DNA of 42,738 nucleotides, from assembly GCA_046760465.1 (NCBI GenBank), contig JBHIEF010000003.1:1-42738 (forward strand), given 5' to 3'. Below the pieces are notes generated by a model. That model did no database searches. It had not been told where the DNA came from and worked only from the letters and a program-made list of their open reading frames with translations. The first letter of the stretch is position 1. Each line of letters opens with the position of its first letter. The stretch is from Armatimonadota bacterium (GTDB lineage: Bacteria; Armatimonadota; Zipacnadia; JAUWAU01; JBHIEF01). The position numbers were made by a program, and so were the translations under genes. Below, piece after piece: positions 9,747 to 19,176 of this stretch.

Positions 9747-10669
9747 GCAGAGCCCTGCCTGTACTGACGGCGGCAGCTCTAGTGGGCTGCTGCAACGTCA
9801 CCTGGGCCGTGCCCCGAGTTGACGCCACCAAGTCCGAACTCGAGGTCCTATGGGAGCGGTACTGGCAGAAGGACGACCTTACGGTCGGAGAGTGTGCCAA
9901 GCTCATCCGGCACTACTCTCCGCTGGTGCGCACCTGGGCAGCATACTCGCTGGGCCGGCGCGGCGAGGCGGCTATGCCCGTGGTAATGGAGGCGCTCAGG
10001 GATCCCGACCCGCGCGTCCGGCGTGCCGGTCTCGACGCCATCGCCGGCCCCGTCGCGCTCGGCACGGGCGGCCGCAGGGACAAGCACAAGATGACGCCAG
10101 AGATCGTGGCTCAGGCCGTGCCGCTCATCGCCGAGAACCTCAAGCACGAGGACCTCTGGGTGCGCGACGGGGCGTTGCTGGCCTTCATGGTGACGGGCAA
10201 GTACGGGGAAAAGTACCTGCCGCAGATCATGGAGTATCTGGCAACTGACGAAGACTGGTGGCTACGAGATGCCGCCGCCAGGGCCATTGGCGGCCTTGGC
10301 AAGGACCACGCGCAGGAGGCCATCGTCCCGCTGGCCGAGGCGTACGTGCGCGAGACGCACGTTGTGGCACAGAGGAAGATGAAGGAGGCGCTCTTCCAAC
10401 TCGACTTGGAGGCTGGCGCCCACCTGGTCCTGCCCATATTCGTTGAAGCCTTGCGCAACCCCACGAAGCACAAGATGTATGACGCCTGGTACTTCCGCAG
10501 CATGACGCTGGACGTACTGGAGAAGATGGGCCCCAGTGCAAAGGGAGCAGCACCCGCGATCCGGGAGCTGATAGACGAGTATGAGCAGGACCGCACACAG
10601 CCGGACGTCGAAGCCAGGATCGAGCGGCTTCAGCAGGCGTTGGACGCGGTCACGGGCGGCGAACAGTGA
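9743..10669 (+). CDS. Exported HEAT-repeat protein (possible lipoprotein)
   Basis: Repeats such as L.D.DP.VR..., D.WVR..A, D.WLR.AA..AIG. GTGA overlap with the upstream stop. Signal contains LVGC (lipobox-like). Confidence 0.8.
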   Translation: MSRALPVLTAAALVGCCNVTWAVPRVDATKSELEVLWERYWQKDDLTVGECAKLIRHYSPLVRTWAAYSLGRRGEAAMPVVMEALRDPDPRVRRAGLDAIAGPVALGTGGRRDKHKMTPEIVAQAVPLIAENLKHEDLWVRDGALLAFMVTGKYGEKYLPQIMEYLATDEDWWLRDAAARAIGGLGKDHAQEAIVPLAEAYVRETHVVAQRKMKEALFQLDLEAGAHLVLPIFVEALRNPTKHKMYDAWYFRSMTLDVLEKMGPSAKGAAPAIRELIDEYEQDRTQPDVEARIERLQQALDAVTGGEQ

Positions 10670-10847
10670 CCAAACTCATCCCGGCCAGCCGGAGCGCGCG
10701 CGGAGCCGCCGTCAGATAGGCTGGGAACGGCGCGGGTGGGCCCAGCGGTCGCACGGGCCGCTCCCCGAGCGGGAGATGCCGGTCGTCGCGCGTGTGCAGC
10801 AGGCTCTCGGGGCCCCACCACTCACCAGAGGGACCAGGACTGGCGCG

Positions 10848-11330
10848 ATGACAGGGCTATCCCACGATGAGATCGTCGCTCTGTGCCAGGCCCTCGACAC
10901 TGCGCGGACCTCGGACCAGAACGCTGCCTGGGAGCAGCTGCAGCCCTTGGGGAAGGGGGTCGTCCCCTATCTCGCCGAGGCATACCACAAGCTGCGCAAA
11001 TGGCAGGGACGGCTGGCATGCGTGTACCACCTGATGGCGTATGGCCGCTCCCACGAGGAGGCCTTCCAGGTTGGAATCGCGGCATTGGCCGACAAGGCGA
11101 CCCTCGTCCGGTACCGGGCTTGCATGCTCCTGGCGTATGCCCAACGCGAGGATGCGATACCTCATCTCGAGGGGTTGCTCGATCACGCGGACGAGAAGAC
11201 TGTGGAGGATGCACGCGCGGCCATTGACGCCATTCGTGCGGGCAACCACAAGCTGTTTCTCGATCGCCATCGCACGGGGCGGGTGTTCTGGTCAGTCGCG
11301 AGGCCGGGATCGCCCTTGCCGGATGCCTGA
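10848..11330 (+). CDS. Small HEAT-repeat hypothetical protein
   Basis: AL.D....VRYRA..LL and L..LL...D....EDA.AA repeats. AGGA upstream of ATG 10848; the longer N-terminal extension in the ORF track looks non-coding. Confidence 0.7.
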   Translation: MTGLSHDEIVALCQALDTARTSDQNAAWEQLQPLGKGVVPYLAEAYHKLRKWQGRLACVYHLMAYGRSHEEAFQVGIAALADKATLVRYRACMLLAYAQREDAIPHLEGLLDHADEKTVEDARAAIDAIRAGNHKLFLDRHRTGRVFWSVARPGSPLPDA

Positions 11331-11571
11331 TGAGTGCGCTAGGCGGCCAGTTGCGGGCAGGAACCGCCTCAGGACGCGTGGAAGCGGGGCCTTCGCCCGG
11401 GACTGGCCAGGCGGCGTGTGGCGACAGCCCCATGCGACGCTGGTAAGACGGCCATCGCCGGCGACTGCGACGGCGAGCGGGCCAAGGCACTCCCGACCGC
11501 CGGTGCCGTGGCCCAGACGTGATCGTCGCGTTGGGCGAGACCCATGCACAACTAACCAACGGAGGCCACAC

Positions 11572-12840
11572 ATGAACCCGATGCGCAAGGCCCTTGCAGC
11601 CGGACTCACAGCTGTGCTGGCCGTGTTCTGGCTACTGAGCGCCGGTATGGCTGACGATGAGACAGGCTTCGTGCCACTCTTCGATGGCGAGAGCCTGGAT
11701 GGCTGGACTGGCGGCAACTACATCGTCGAGGACGGCGTGCTCGTGTGCCCCCAGGCAGGCGGCGGGAAGCTCCTCACGGAGAAGCAGTACGACGACTTCG
11801 TCTTCCGGTTCGAGTTCCGGCTCCCGCCGGGGGGCAACAATGGCGTGGCCGTACGCGCTCCCGCCAAGGGAAACCCAGCCTATGCTGGCATGGAGATCCA
11901 GATCCTCGATAACACGGCTGAGAAGTACGCCAATCTCAGGCCGGCGCAGTATCACGGCTCCATCTACGATGTGGTGCCGGCCAAGCGCGGCGCGCTCAAG
12001 CCGGTCGGCGCGTGGAACGAGGAGGAGATCCTGGCTAACGGGCGCCACGTCAAAGTGACGCTCAACGGCCAAGTCATCGTGGATGCCGACCTGGACGCGA
12101 TCACTGACGCCGAGACCCTCAAGAGACATCCAGGCCTTCAGCGCGGGATTGGCCACTTGGGCTTCATCGGTCATGGCGACCGGATCGAGTTCCGCAACAT
12201 CCGCATCAAGGAACTGCACACGCCGAACGTGGCGCCCCCTGGCTACGTGGCTCTCTTCAACGGCGAAGATCTCAGTGGCTGGAAGGGGTTGGTCTCCAAC
12301 CCGCCAGCGCGAGCGAAGATGACGCCCGAACGGCTGGCGGCGGCACAGCAGGAGGCCGACGCGAACATGCGGGCTCACTGGAAGGTCGAGGAGGGCGTGC
12401 TCGCCTTCGACGGCAAAGGGCACAGCCTGTGCACCTCCCAGGACTACGGGGACTTCGAGCTTGTGGTGGAGTGGAAGATTGAGGCTGGGGGCGACAGCGG
12501 CATCTACCTGCGGGGCAGCCCTCAGGTCCAGATCTGGGACAGGCCGGTCGGGTCTGGCGGGCTATATAATAACAAGAAGGAAGGTAACCCAAGCCAACCG
12601 CTGCTCCGCGCTGACAGGCCGGTTGGCGAATGGAACAGGTTCCGCATCACCATGATCGGCGAGAAGGTGACGGTGCACCTCAACGGTGAGTTGGTCGTGG
12701 ACAACGTCACCATGGAGAACTACTGGGAGCGCGATAAGCCGATCTATCCGACCGGACAGATCGAGCTCCAGTCGCACAACAGCCCGCTCTGGTTCAGGAA
12801 TATCTTCATCAGGGAGATAGCGTCCCCGGCGACCGAATGA
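11572..12840 (+). CDS. Exported tandem DUF1080 protein (two domains)
   Basis: LFDGESLDGW..GNNG..MEIQILD..WNEEEI..FRNIRIK then LFNGEDLSGW..GDSGIYLRG..WNRF..LQSH..FRNIFI. GGAGG before ATG 11572; signal ends GMA-D. Confidence 0.9.
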   Translation: MNPMRKALAAGLTAVLAVFWLLSAGMADDETGFVPLFDGESLDGWTGGNYIVEDGVLVCPQAGGGKLLTEKQYDDFVFRFEFRLPPGGNNGVAVRAPAKGNPAYAGMEIQILDNTAEKYANLRPAQYHGSIYDVVPAKRGALKPVGAWNEEEILANGRHVKVTLNGQVIVDADLDAITDAETLKRHPGLQRGIGHLGFIGHGDRIEFRNIRIKELHTPNVAPPGYVALFNGEDLSGWKGLVSNPPARAKMTPERLAAAQQEADANMRAHWKVEEGVLAFDGKGHSLCTSQDYGDFELVVEWKIEAGGDSGIYLRGSPQVQIWDRPVGSGGLYNNKKEGNPSQPLLRADRPVGEWNRFRITMIGEKVTVHLNGELVVDNVTMENYWERDKPIYPTGQIELQSHNSPLWFRNIFIREIASPATE

Positions 12841-12954
12841 GCCGACGCTGATGTGAAGGGCCGTGGCTCGCCTGCTCCGGCCTCAGTGGGTCCGCTCGAC
12901 CGCCTTGGCGGGCAGCCTTCGCTGCAACCGGCATGCCCGACGCATCGGCTCGCG

Positions 12955-14934
12955 CTACGGTGAGCACCCTCCCCGCGCGCCGGAGGCCGCCAAGGCCTCG
13001 GGGAGCCCTGGCACGTCGTCGGCTCCGGTCGGGCACTGAATGCTGGCGCCATCGAAGTCGTCCCCCACCGGCTCGTAAGCGCCCCCCAGATGCCGTGACA
13101 GGAACGCCTCGGCCACGGCGAAGAAGGACGTCCGGTTCTCGGGCCGTGCCCAGCCGTGCCCCTCGTCCGGGTACAGGATGTATGTGACCGGAATGTCCTT
13201 GTCCTTCATCGCCCGCACGATCTGATCGGACTCCTGCTGCTTGACCCTCGGGTCGTTGGCGCCCTGGCCGATGAGCAGCGGCCTCGCGATGCGGTCAACA
13301 TGCGTCAAGGGCGACCGCTCCTCGAGCAGGGCCCGCCCCTCCTCGGTCGTTTGGTCGCCAACTCGGTGCTTGAGCATGGGCAGGATGGGCATCCAGTAGT
13401 CGGGCACATTGTCCAGGAGCGTCATGAGGCTCGAGGGACCCACGATGTCAACCCCGCAGGCGAACGCCTCCGGCGTAAACGTCATGCCGACCAAGGTAGC
13501 GTAACCCCCGTAGCTGCCTCCCATGATGGCGACGCGGTCGGGGTCGGCGATGCCCTTGCCGACTGCCCACTGGACGGCGTCAATGAGGTCGTCGTGCATC
13601 TTGCCGGCCCATTGGTGGTTGCCGGCGTCTACGAAGGCCTTCCCAAAGCCGGCGGAGCCGCGGAAGTTGACGCTGAGCACCGCGTAGCCTCGGTCGGCCA
13701 ACCACTGATGCACGGGATTGAAGCCCCACCGGTCTCGCGCCCAGGGCCCGCCGTGCACCCACAGGACCAGAGGTACTGCCGCGCGGTCACTGGCGGAGTC
13801 ATCGGGATCGTCATCGCAGGGATGTGTCAGGTAGGACACCAGGTCAAGCCCATCGCGGGACTTGATTACCACCGGGTGGAGTTTCCTCAGGGGCTGGCCC
13901 TCAAGGTCGTCGCGGTGGCTGAAGAGGAACTCAGCCCGCTGCGCTTGGCGGTTGTAGAGGTAGTATCGCATTGGGCCGTCGTCCGGATCGTAAGAGACGA
14001 GCCAGCGTGAGTCGTCCAGCGTGCGACTGGCGAGGTTAAGGTCGCCATAGGCCACCGTGGATAGGTACCGGAGGTCTGCCGCGACAGCATCATCCAGGGC
14101 GTGCCATTCGTTGCGGAGGTAGTGGGTCCAGTAGCCCTGGGCGTGCTTCTCGGTGGGATGGACGATCGCGCCGCCGATGTCAACGCGCGGGTCCTGAGCC
14201 AGGATGGTCGCTTCGGCGCTCTCCATGTCCACCAGGGCCAGCGCCGCGGTGTTGTGGCCTCTCGTGTCTATCATGTAGAAGGCATCGCCCGCCTTGTTGA
14301 ACTCGATGGGGCGCGTGTCCATGTCCTCGGGTGCGAGCGTCATGAAGGGCTCTGTGCTGCCGTCATCCCGGAGCTTGACCACTTCCAGGCTGGCCTCCGG
14401 GGTGAATGCGAAGCCGAGCCGAACGTTGAAGTGTTCGTCAGTCATGAACCGGGCGAAGCCCTCGTTCTGTATAACCAAGCTGAGCTCACCAGTCTCGATG
14501 TTGACTCGGTGGAGGTCGTGAAGCTCAGGATTGCGGTGGTTCAGGGCCACGAGGATCTCGTGCGGGTGGTGTCGGCTCACCTCCTGGATCTGGGCATGGA
14601 CTCCCTCGAACGGGGTGAGGTCCCTAATCTCATCCGTCTCCAGGCAGACGCTGTACACTCGCCAGTTCTCATCGCCCCCCCTATCTTGCACATACAGCAC
14701 ATGCGTGTTGGTGTGCGCCCAGCAGTAGAATCGGATGCCGCGATCCGTATCCCGCGTTACTGGCATGGCGGACCGCCAATCGTCCGCCGGACCGACCCAG
14801 ACGTTGAGTACGCCATTGACGGGAGCAAGGTAGGCGATCTTGCTCCCATCGGGGCTCAGAGCGGGAGCGGCCCTGTCCGGATTGCCGAATAGCGTCTTGC
14901 GTGGGATGAGGGCCTTCTGCCCTTCATTCATCAA
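12955..14934 (-). CDS. S9 family (prolyl oligopeptidase / acylaminoacyl) serine peptidase
   Basis: N-terminal propeller (LSPDG..IAY), VHGGP, NFRGS.GFG, catalytic GGSYGG, NDPRV, DEGH. AGGAGG before TTG/ATG. Confidence 0.93.
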   Translation of the reverse strand: MMNEGQKALIPRKTLFGNPDRAAPALSPDGSKIAYLAPVNGVLNVWVGPADDWRSAMPVTRDTDRGIRFYCWAHTNTHVLYVQDRGGDENWRVYSVCLETDEIRDLTPFEGVHAQIQEVSRHHPHEILVALNHRNPELHDLHRVNIETGELSLVIQNEGFARFMTDEHFNVRLGFAFTPEASLEVVKLRDDGSTEPFMTLAPEDMDTRPIEFNKAGDAFYMIDTRGHNTAALALVDMESAEATILAQDPRVDIGGAIVHPTEKHAQGYWTHYLRNEWHALDDAVAADLRYLSTVAYGDLNLASRTLDDSRWLVSYDPDDGPMRYYLYNRQAQRAEFLFSHRDDLEGQPLRKLHPVVIKSRDGLDLVSYLTHPCDDDPDDSASDRAAVPLVLWVHGGPWARDRWGFNPVHQWLADRGYAVLSVNFRGSAGFGKAFVDAGNHQWAGKMHDDLIDAVQWAVGKGIADPDRVAIMGGSYGGYATLVGMTFTPEAFACGVDIVGPSSLMTLLDNVPDYWMPILPMLKHRVGDQTTEEGRALLEERSPLTHVDRIARPLLIGQGANDPRVKQQESDQIVRAMKDKDIPVTYILYPDEGHGWARPENRTSFFAVAEAFLSRHLGGAYEPVGDDFDGASIQCPTGADDVPGLPEALAASGARGGCSP

Positions 14935-15326
14935 CGATCAGCCTCCTCAGGGGCGAGCCCGCAATTGAGGCGACAGTCCGAGTGGGGGTTCGGGAGTATC
15001 CAGCCGCATTCCTCCGCCGTGGTGCTGCTAAGACGGGCCGTTTGCGAGTCCTGAGCATGCTCGCTCCGTCGGAGCGCCCCCCCATCCCGCGCATGGCCTG
15101 GCAGGGCCGCCGCCGTCCGGCGGCGGGATCGCGACGCGCGTCGGTTCTTGCCGGACGAGTGCTGATGCGACCGCGGCATGGCGCCCCTGGGCAGCCCAGC
15201 GTGCAGAGATCCGGCACCATTCGGCCGAGACGCCTCCCCCAATGTAGGTGCGGCCCGGTTGCACGGCGAATCCGAAGTCACGACGGAGATGGAGTGGCCC
15301 ACATCGAGAAGGGGGAATCGAGTCCG

Positions 15327-16040
15327 ATGCAAATGGGACGGTCGTTTTGTTGTGCCGTGGTCGTGGCTCTGCTGGCGAGTGCACCCGGATGGGCCCGTGT
15401 GAACATCAACCAGCCCAAGGCTGATGACAAAGTGGGCCGGTTCATTGATGTGGCGGGCAAGGCTTCGCCTCGCGCCACCGTCGCTGTGTCCTTCAAGGTA
15501 GTGAGGACTGGGCGGGAACAGGCGATCTACGAGGCCCCACCCACCTTGCAGGAGACCGACAACGCGGGTGCCTTCAAGCTGCGCCTGGCCCTGCCTCCGG
15601 TTGAGAACCGGGCACGCGCGCTTTGCACCGTAACCGCCAGTGAGGTAGGCAGCGGCGCTGAGGCCGCGCGGGTGACGGTTGGTTTGGCGGCCGACGAGGG
15701 TGGCGGCAAGGCGCTCGACCCGGCCATTCCCACTGTCACCACGCCGACCGAGGGAGGCTCGGTGCGTATCGGCGGTGTGGTGGTCGAGGGGCGGTCGAAG
15801 CCGGGCGAACTCATCATCATCTCGACCAAGTGTTTCAGCATGGAAGACGGGGAGTTCATCAGCGATGTGCCGGGCATTCGGCACTACCCCAATGAGGACG
15901 GCAGCTTCAGCTTCCGTGTAGCGACGCCAAGTGTGGCGTTGGGCAAGAAGGTGCGGGTCCGCTACGAGATCCGCGTTTTCACCGCGACTCCGGACCACAG
16001 GTCGCCGGCCATCTACATACACATGACAGAGCCCACATAG
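15327..16040 (+). CDS. Exported hypothetical protein with two Ig-like repeats
   Basis: Signal peptide ending GWA-R; two similar units (P....V.....V.G...P...V.....D..G.F). Start set at ATG 15327. Confidence 0.65.
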   Translation: MQMGRSFCCAVVVALLASAPGWARVNINQPKADDKVGRFIDVAGKASPRATVAVSFKVVRTGREQAIYEAPPTLQETDNAGAFKLRLALPPVENRARALCTVTASEVGSGAEAARVTVGLAADEGGGKALDPAIPTVTTPTEGGSVRIGGVVVEGRSKPGELIIISTKCFSMEDGEFISDVPGIRHYPNEDGSFSFRVATPSVALGKKVRVRYEIRVFTATPDHRSPAIYIHMTEPT

Positions 16041-16160
16041 CAGCGGCGCGCAGGCGGCGGTGCCGATGGGCTCGCGGCTGTGCGCTCGGCCACATGTCGG
16101 AGCAGGCGTGGCGCTGCGGGAGCCGGTGCGGGGCGGCCGTGCCAGTTGCCTGCTGGACAC

Positions 16161-16189
16161 TTGACAGGCACGATGGCGCTCGGTATAGA
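16161..16189 (+). promoter_or_regulatory. Putative sigma70 promoter for the aldo/keto reductase gene
   Basis: TTGACA-N17-TATAGA, about 100 nt upstream of ATG 16290. Confidence 0.6.
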
Positions 16190-16289
16190 CAGGGAGCGGC
16201 TGCGAGGCAGGCGTCCGACTGGCAAGCGGCGGTCTGCCAGTTGAGCGGCCACCCGCTATATGCATGGTAGGGGAGATTGACCCGTGAGA

Positions 16290-17213
16290 ATGAAACGTCG
16301 GGAGTTCCTAGGAGCTGCCGTGGCGGGCACGGCCAGCGCACTGGTCGGAGGCGACCCGGCGGTCGCGGTAGCCCAGCAGGCCGCCCCGGTGGAGGTCAAC
16401 CCGACCGCGGTAGTGCAGTTGGGCAAGGAGCTGAGGGCCTGCCGCCTGGGGTCGGGAACCGGAATGAGGGGAGGCGGCCGTCAGACGAACCAGACGCGGA
16501 TGGGAAGGGAGAAGTTCGAGGCGCTACTCAACCACTCCTACGACCAGGGCATCCGTCTGTTTGACGCCGCCGACCTCTACGGGACGCATCCGTACATCGG
16601 CCGCGTCATGCAGGACAAGCCACGCGACAACTTCCAGATCGTCTCCAAGATCTGGGTCCGGCGAGGCGGCATCCTCGAACCGGAGCGCCCCTTGGCGGAC
16701 GTGCTGGTGGAGCGATTCCTGCGCGAGCTGAGGATGGACTACATTGACGTGCTCCAGATCCACTGCATGACCAGCCCAGACTGGCCTGACGAACAACGCC
16801 CCCAGATGGACGCGATGGAGAAGCTGAAGGAGCGGGGCCTGATCCGAGCACACGGCGTCTCCTGCCACTCGCTGGCCGCTCTCAGGACGGCTGCCGAGGA
16901 GGCGTGGGTGGACGTGATCCACGCGCGAGTCAACCCGTACGGGGCGAAAATGGACGACAGACCGGAGAACGTGGTGCCAGTACTGGAGAAGGCCCGCGCG
17001 AACGGCAAGGGCGTCATCGGGATGAAGTTGGCCGGGGAGGGCACCTTCGACGCTGAGCAGCGCAAGAGGACCGTCGAATGGGCGCTGAACCTGGGCTGCC
17101 TCGACGTGCTCATCGTGGGCTTCGAGAAGCCCGAGGAGATAGACGAGTTCAAGGCCAACGTCCGCGAGGCGCTGGTCGCCCAAGCCAGGCAGCTCGGCGC
17201 CACCAAGACCTAA
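16290..17213 (+). CDS. Aldo/keto reductase with twin-arginine signal
   Basis: MKRREFLG Tat motif; AKR tetrad D-x-A-x-x-Y (DAADLYG), SK, QIH; L..DYID, G.IRA.GVS.H, G..GMK. Confidence 0.9.
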   Translation: MKRREFLGAAVAGTASALVGGDPAVAVAQQAAPVEVNPTAVVQLGKELRACRLGSGTGMRGGGRQTNQTRMGREKFEALLNHSYDQGIRLFDAADLYGTHPYIGRVMQDKPRDNFQIVSKIWVRRGGILEPERPLADVLVERFLRELRMDYIDVLQIHCMTSPDWPDEQRPQMDAMEKLKERGLIRAHGVSCHSLAALRTAAEEAWVDVIHARVNPYGAKMDDRPENVVPVLEKARANGKGVIGMKLAGEGTFDAEQRKRTVEWALNLGCLDVLIVGFEKPEEIDEFKANVREALVAQARQLGATKT

Positions 17214-18946
17214 CGTTCCAGGGCCATTCGCAAGCTGACCATCCGCGGGAGATCCTCGCCGGCAACGTTGATGCCGTACGTCTGCGGGAACGTGGTCATT
17301 GCCTCCGTGTGGGTCCTGAGAACGCCTCGCTCCGCCCAGGCGTAGGTGACGGTGAGCGTCTCTTCCTCGAGCGATCCGCCAGTAGCTTTCACTGACACTT
17401 CGTTGCTGCCGGAGACAAGATAAGGACGGGCGAACATGTTGTGCTGGAAGATCGCCTCAATCCGCAGCCCGTCTAGCCCGGCCTGTGTCGCATTGCCTGA
17501 GGTCCGGCACTCGATCCTGAGCCGCAGATGGCGCAGACCACGGACCTTCCCGTCGAGCTTGACCACCGCCGTCAGCTTTCCCGCGCGAGCTTTGGCTTCA
17601 GCCGCATCCCACAGCTTCACGCGTGCTTCCGGCTTCCGCCCTGAGCTGTCGTCCCGCGTCGGCTTCAGCAGCCAAATCCGTCCGATGTCACCGGCGGTCG
17701 CCCGCTGGAATTCGGCTCTCAACTCCCCGCCAGTGTAGACGTGCGGCGTCCTCATCTCCACGATCAGGTGGGCCATTCGGCCCGCCTTCGGCACCCGGAG
17801 CTGTTGCTCGCGGTCATCTCCGGTGCTGCGCTGGAAGGTGTTAGCCGCGAAGTCGCCGATGGCGCGTTCGCTGGCCAGGTCCGGCCAGTACGTGTGGCGT
17901 CCATTGGCAGCGTACCGACCGGTCCTCACGCCGGCAACCGTCCTGACGTATGGCTCCCAGAACACACGGTTGGAGTCGCGCTGCTCGGCCTGCTCCCCGC
18001 AAATGTGGTGCGGCGGGAGCTGATCCGGAGTTACCCAGTAGGCCTTGGGTTTCTCGTCGGGCTTCAGTACGTTGCAGTACGCCTGGCCGGGTATGGACTC
18101 CCACAGGTACACGACCTCCTCGCCACGGCGGAGGGTAAGGCCTGGGCTGTACTTCGAGGGGCGCGGCCCGCCCCACCGCCACGGCTTGGCGTCGGCAGCC
18201 AAGTTCGCCATGAAGGTGACATCGTCGCCGTGGCCAGCGCAATCCCTGATGTAGTTGGGGTCGTGTTTGCAGAAGGCGGCGGAATCGTCCTTGAGCACCG
18301 TTCTACAGGGCACCATGCCAGGACAGGCGCGCCCTTCAGCGACCGCTCGAGTCAGTAGCGTGGGATCGCCGGCAATGTCCTGGAGCGAGGCGATTGTCTT
18401 ACCATCCCGCCTGAAGACGTAGGCGCCGATCAGCGGGTCGAACCAGTGGTGCCTACCGTCGTACTCGGCCTGCGCGGTCGAATGACCGGTGACAGTCCAG
18501 ACTTGCCCCTTGATGCCTGCCTCGCGCCACAGGTCAACAGTCAACAGCGCCTGCTGTGAGCAGAAGCAGTAGCCGTAGGTGTTGAGGATGTGCAGTGTAT
18601 CGTGCACGTCGCGGCGTGCGACGCGATTAGGGTAATGGAAGACCAGCCGTCGAACGAAGTCGAACAGGGCGATGGCCTTCTCCTGATCGGTGGTCAGCCC
18701 GCGGCACACGTCCGCCACGATGGACTCCGTACTGCTACAGTTGACTGAGCGATCGGTGGTCACGTGAACGGACAGTGGGGCCGCCTGCATGGCCGCCATC
18801 CCCATGAGAGCGATTACAGCGAGGGCCCAACGGTGCCGAGCCACAGCGAGCGCTCTCAGCGGCAATCGGCACAGCGTCCGCAGAGTTGCCCTTGGCTCCG
18901 CGAACAGCAGCGCGCGCTCTCCTCTCCGCAGCCTCCTGGACCCCAT
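17210..18946 (-). CDS. Probably exported transglutaminase-like (Cys-His-Asp) protein
   Basis: EKA.ALF.FV, L..YGY.FCSQQ, GHS..Q..Y.G..HWFDP. Hydrophobic stretch near the N-terminus. Start codon uncertain. 4-nt convergent overlap with the AKR gene. Confidence 0.7.
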   Translation of the reverse strand: MGSRRLRRGERALLFAEPRATLRTLCRLPLRALAVARHRWALAVIALMGMAAMQAAPLSVHVTTDRSVNCSSTESIVADVCRGLTTDQEKAIALFDFVRRLVFHYPNRVARRDVHDTLHILNTYGYCFCSQQALLTVDLWREAGIKGQVWTVTGHSTAQAEYDGRHHWFDPLIGAYVFRRDGKTIASLQDIAGDPTLLTRAVAEGRACPGMVPCRTVLKDDSAAFCKHDPNYIRDCAGHGDDVTFMANLAADAKPWRWGGPRPSKYSPGLTLRRGEEVVYLWESIPGQAYCNVLKPDEKPKAYWVTPDQLPPHHICGEQAEQRDSNRVFWEPYVRTVAGVRTGRYAANGRHTYWPDLASERAIGDFAANTFQRSTGDDREQQLRVPKAGRMAHLIVEMRTPHVYTGGELRAEFQRATAGDIGRIWLLKPTRDDSSGRKPEARVKLWDAAEAKARAGKLTAVVKLDGKVRGLRHLRLRIECRTSGNATQAGLDGLRIEAIFQHNMFARPYLVSGSNEVSVKATGGSLEEETLTVTYAWAERGVLRTHTEAMTTFPQTYGINVAGEDLPRMVSLRMALER

Positions 18947-19176
18947 CGCTGGTCGCCTTTCGGCGCTCGGCGCCGGCGTTCCTTCACGCAGCCGGTTCGG
19001 GCCGGCCCGGCACGTGCTCCCGCGCGGGGCCCTGCCGTGCCGGTCCAGCGGAAGCCGCGCCCGCTCGTCGCTCCGTCGCCCCACCGAGGCATTCTGACCG
19101 TTAGCGGAGAAACACTGCCATGCGTGAGGCCGGAGGGGGGCGTTCGCGAAGGGCCTTCCAGATGAGGAGTGGGCTC

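Noticed and set aside
11041-11571. 177-aa N-terminal extension of the DUF1080 ORF
   Set aside because: Overlaps the small HEAT gene in another frame; GGAGG and signal peptide mark 11572 as the start.
12839-12951. Imperfect inverted repeat bracketing a convergent intergenic gap (similar case at 882-967)
   Set aside because: Only about 9-10 GC-rich bp with mismatch; no target duplication or second copy, so not called a MITE.
14931-16265. 444-aa minus-strand ORF
   Set aside because: Arg/Pro/Ala-rich, spans a promoter and an opposite-strand gene with a signal peptide.
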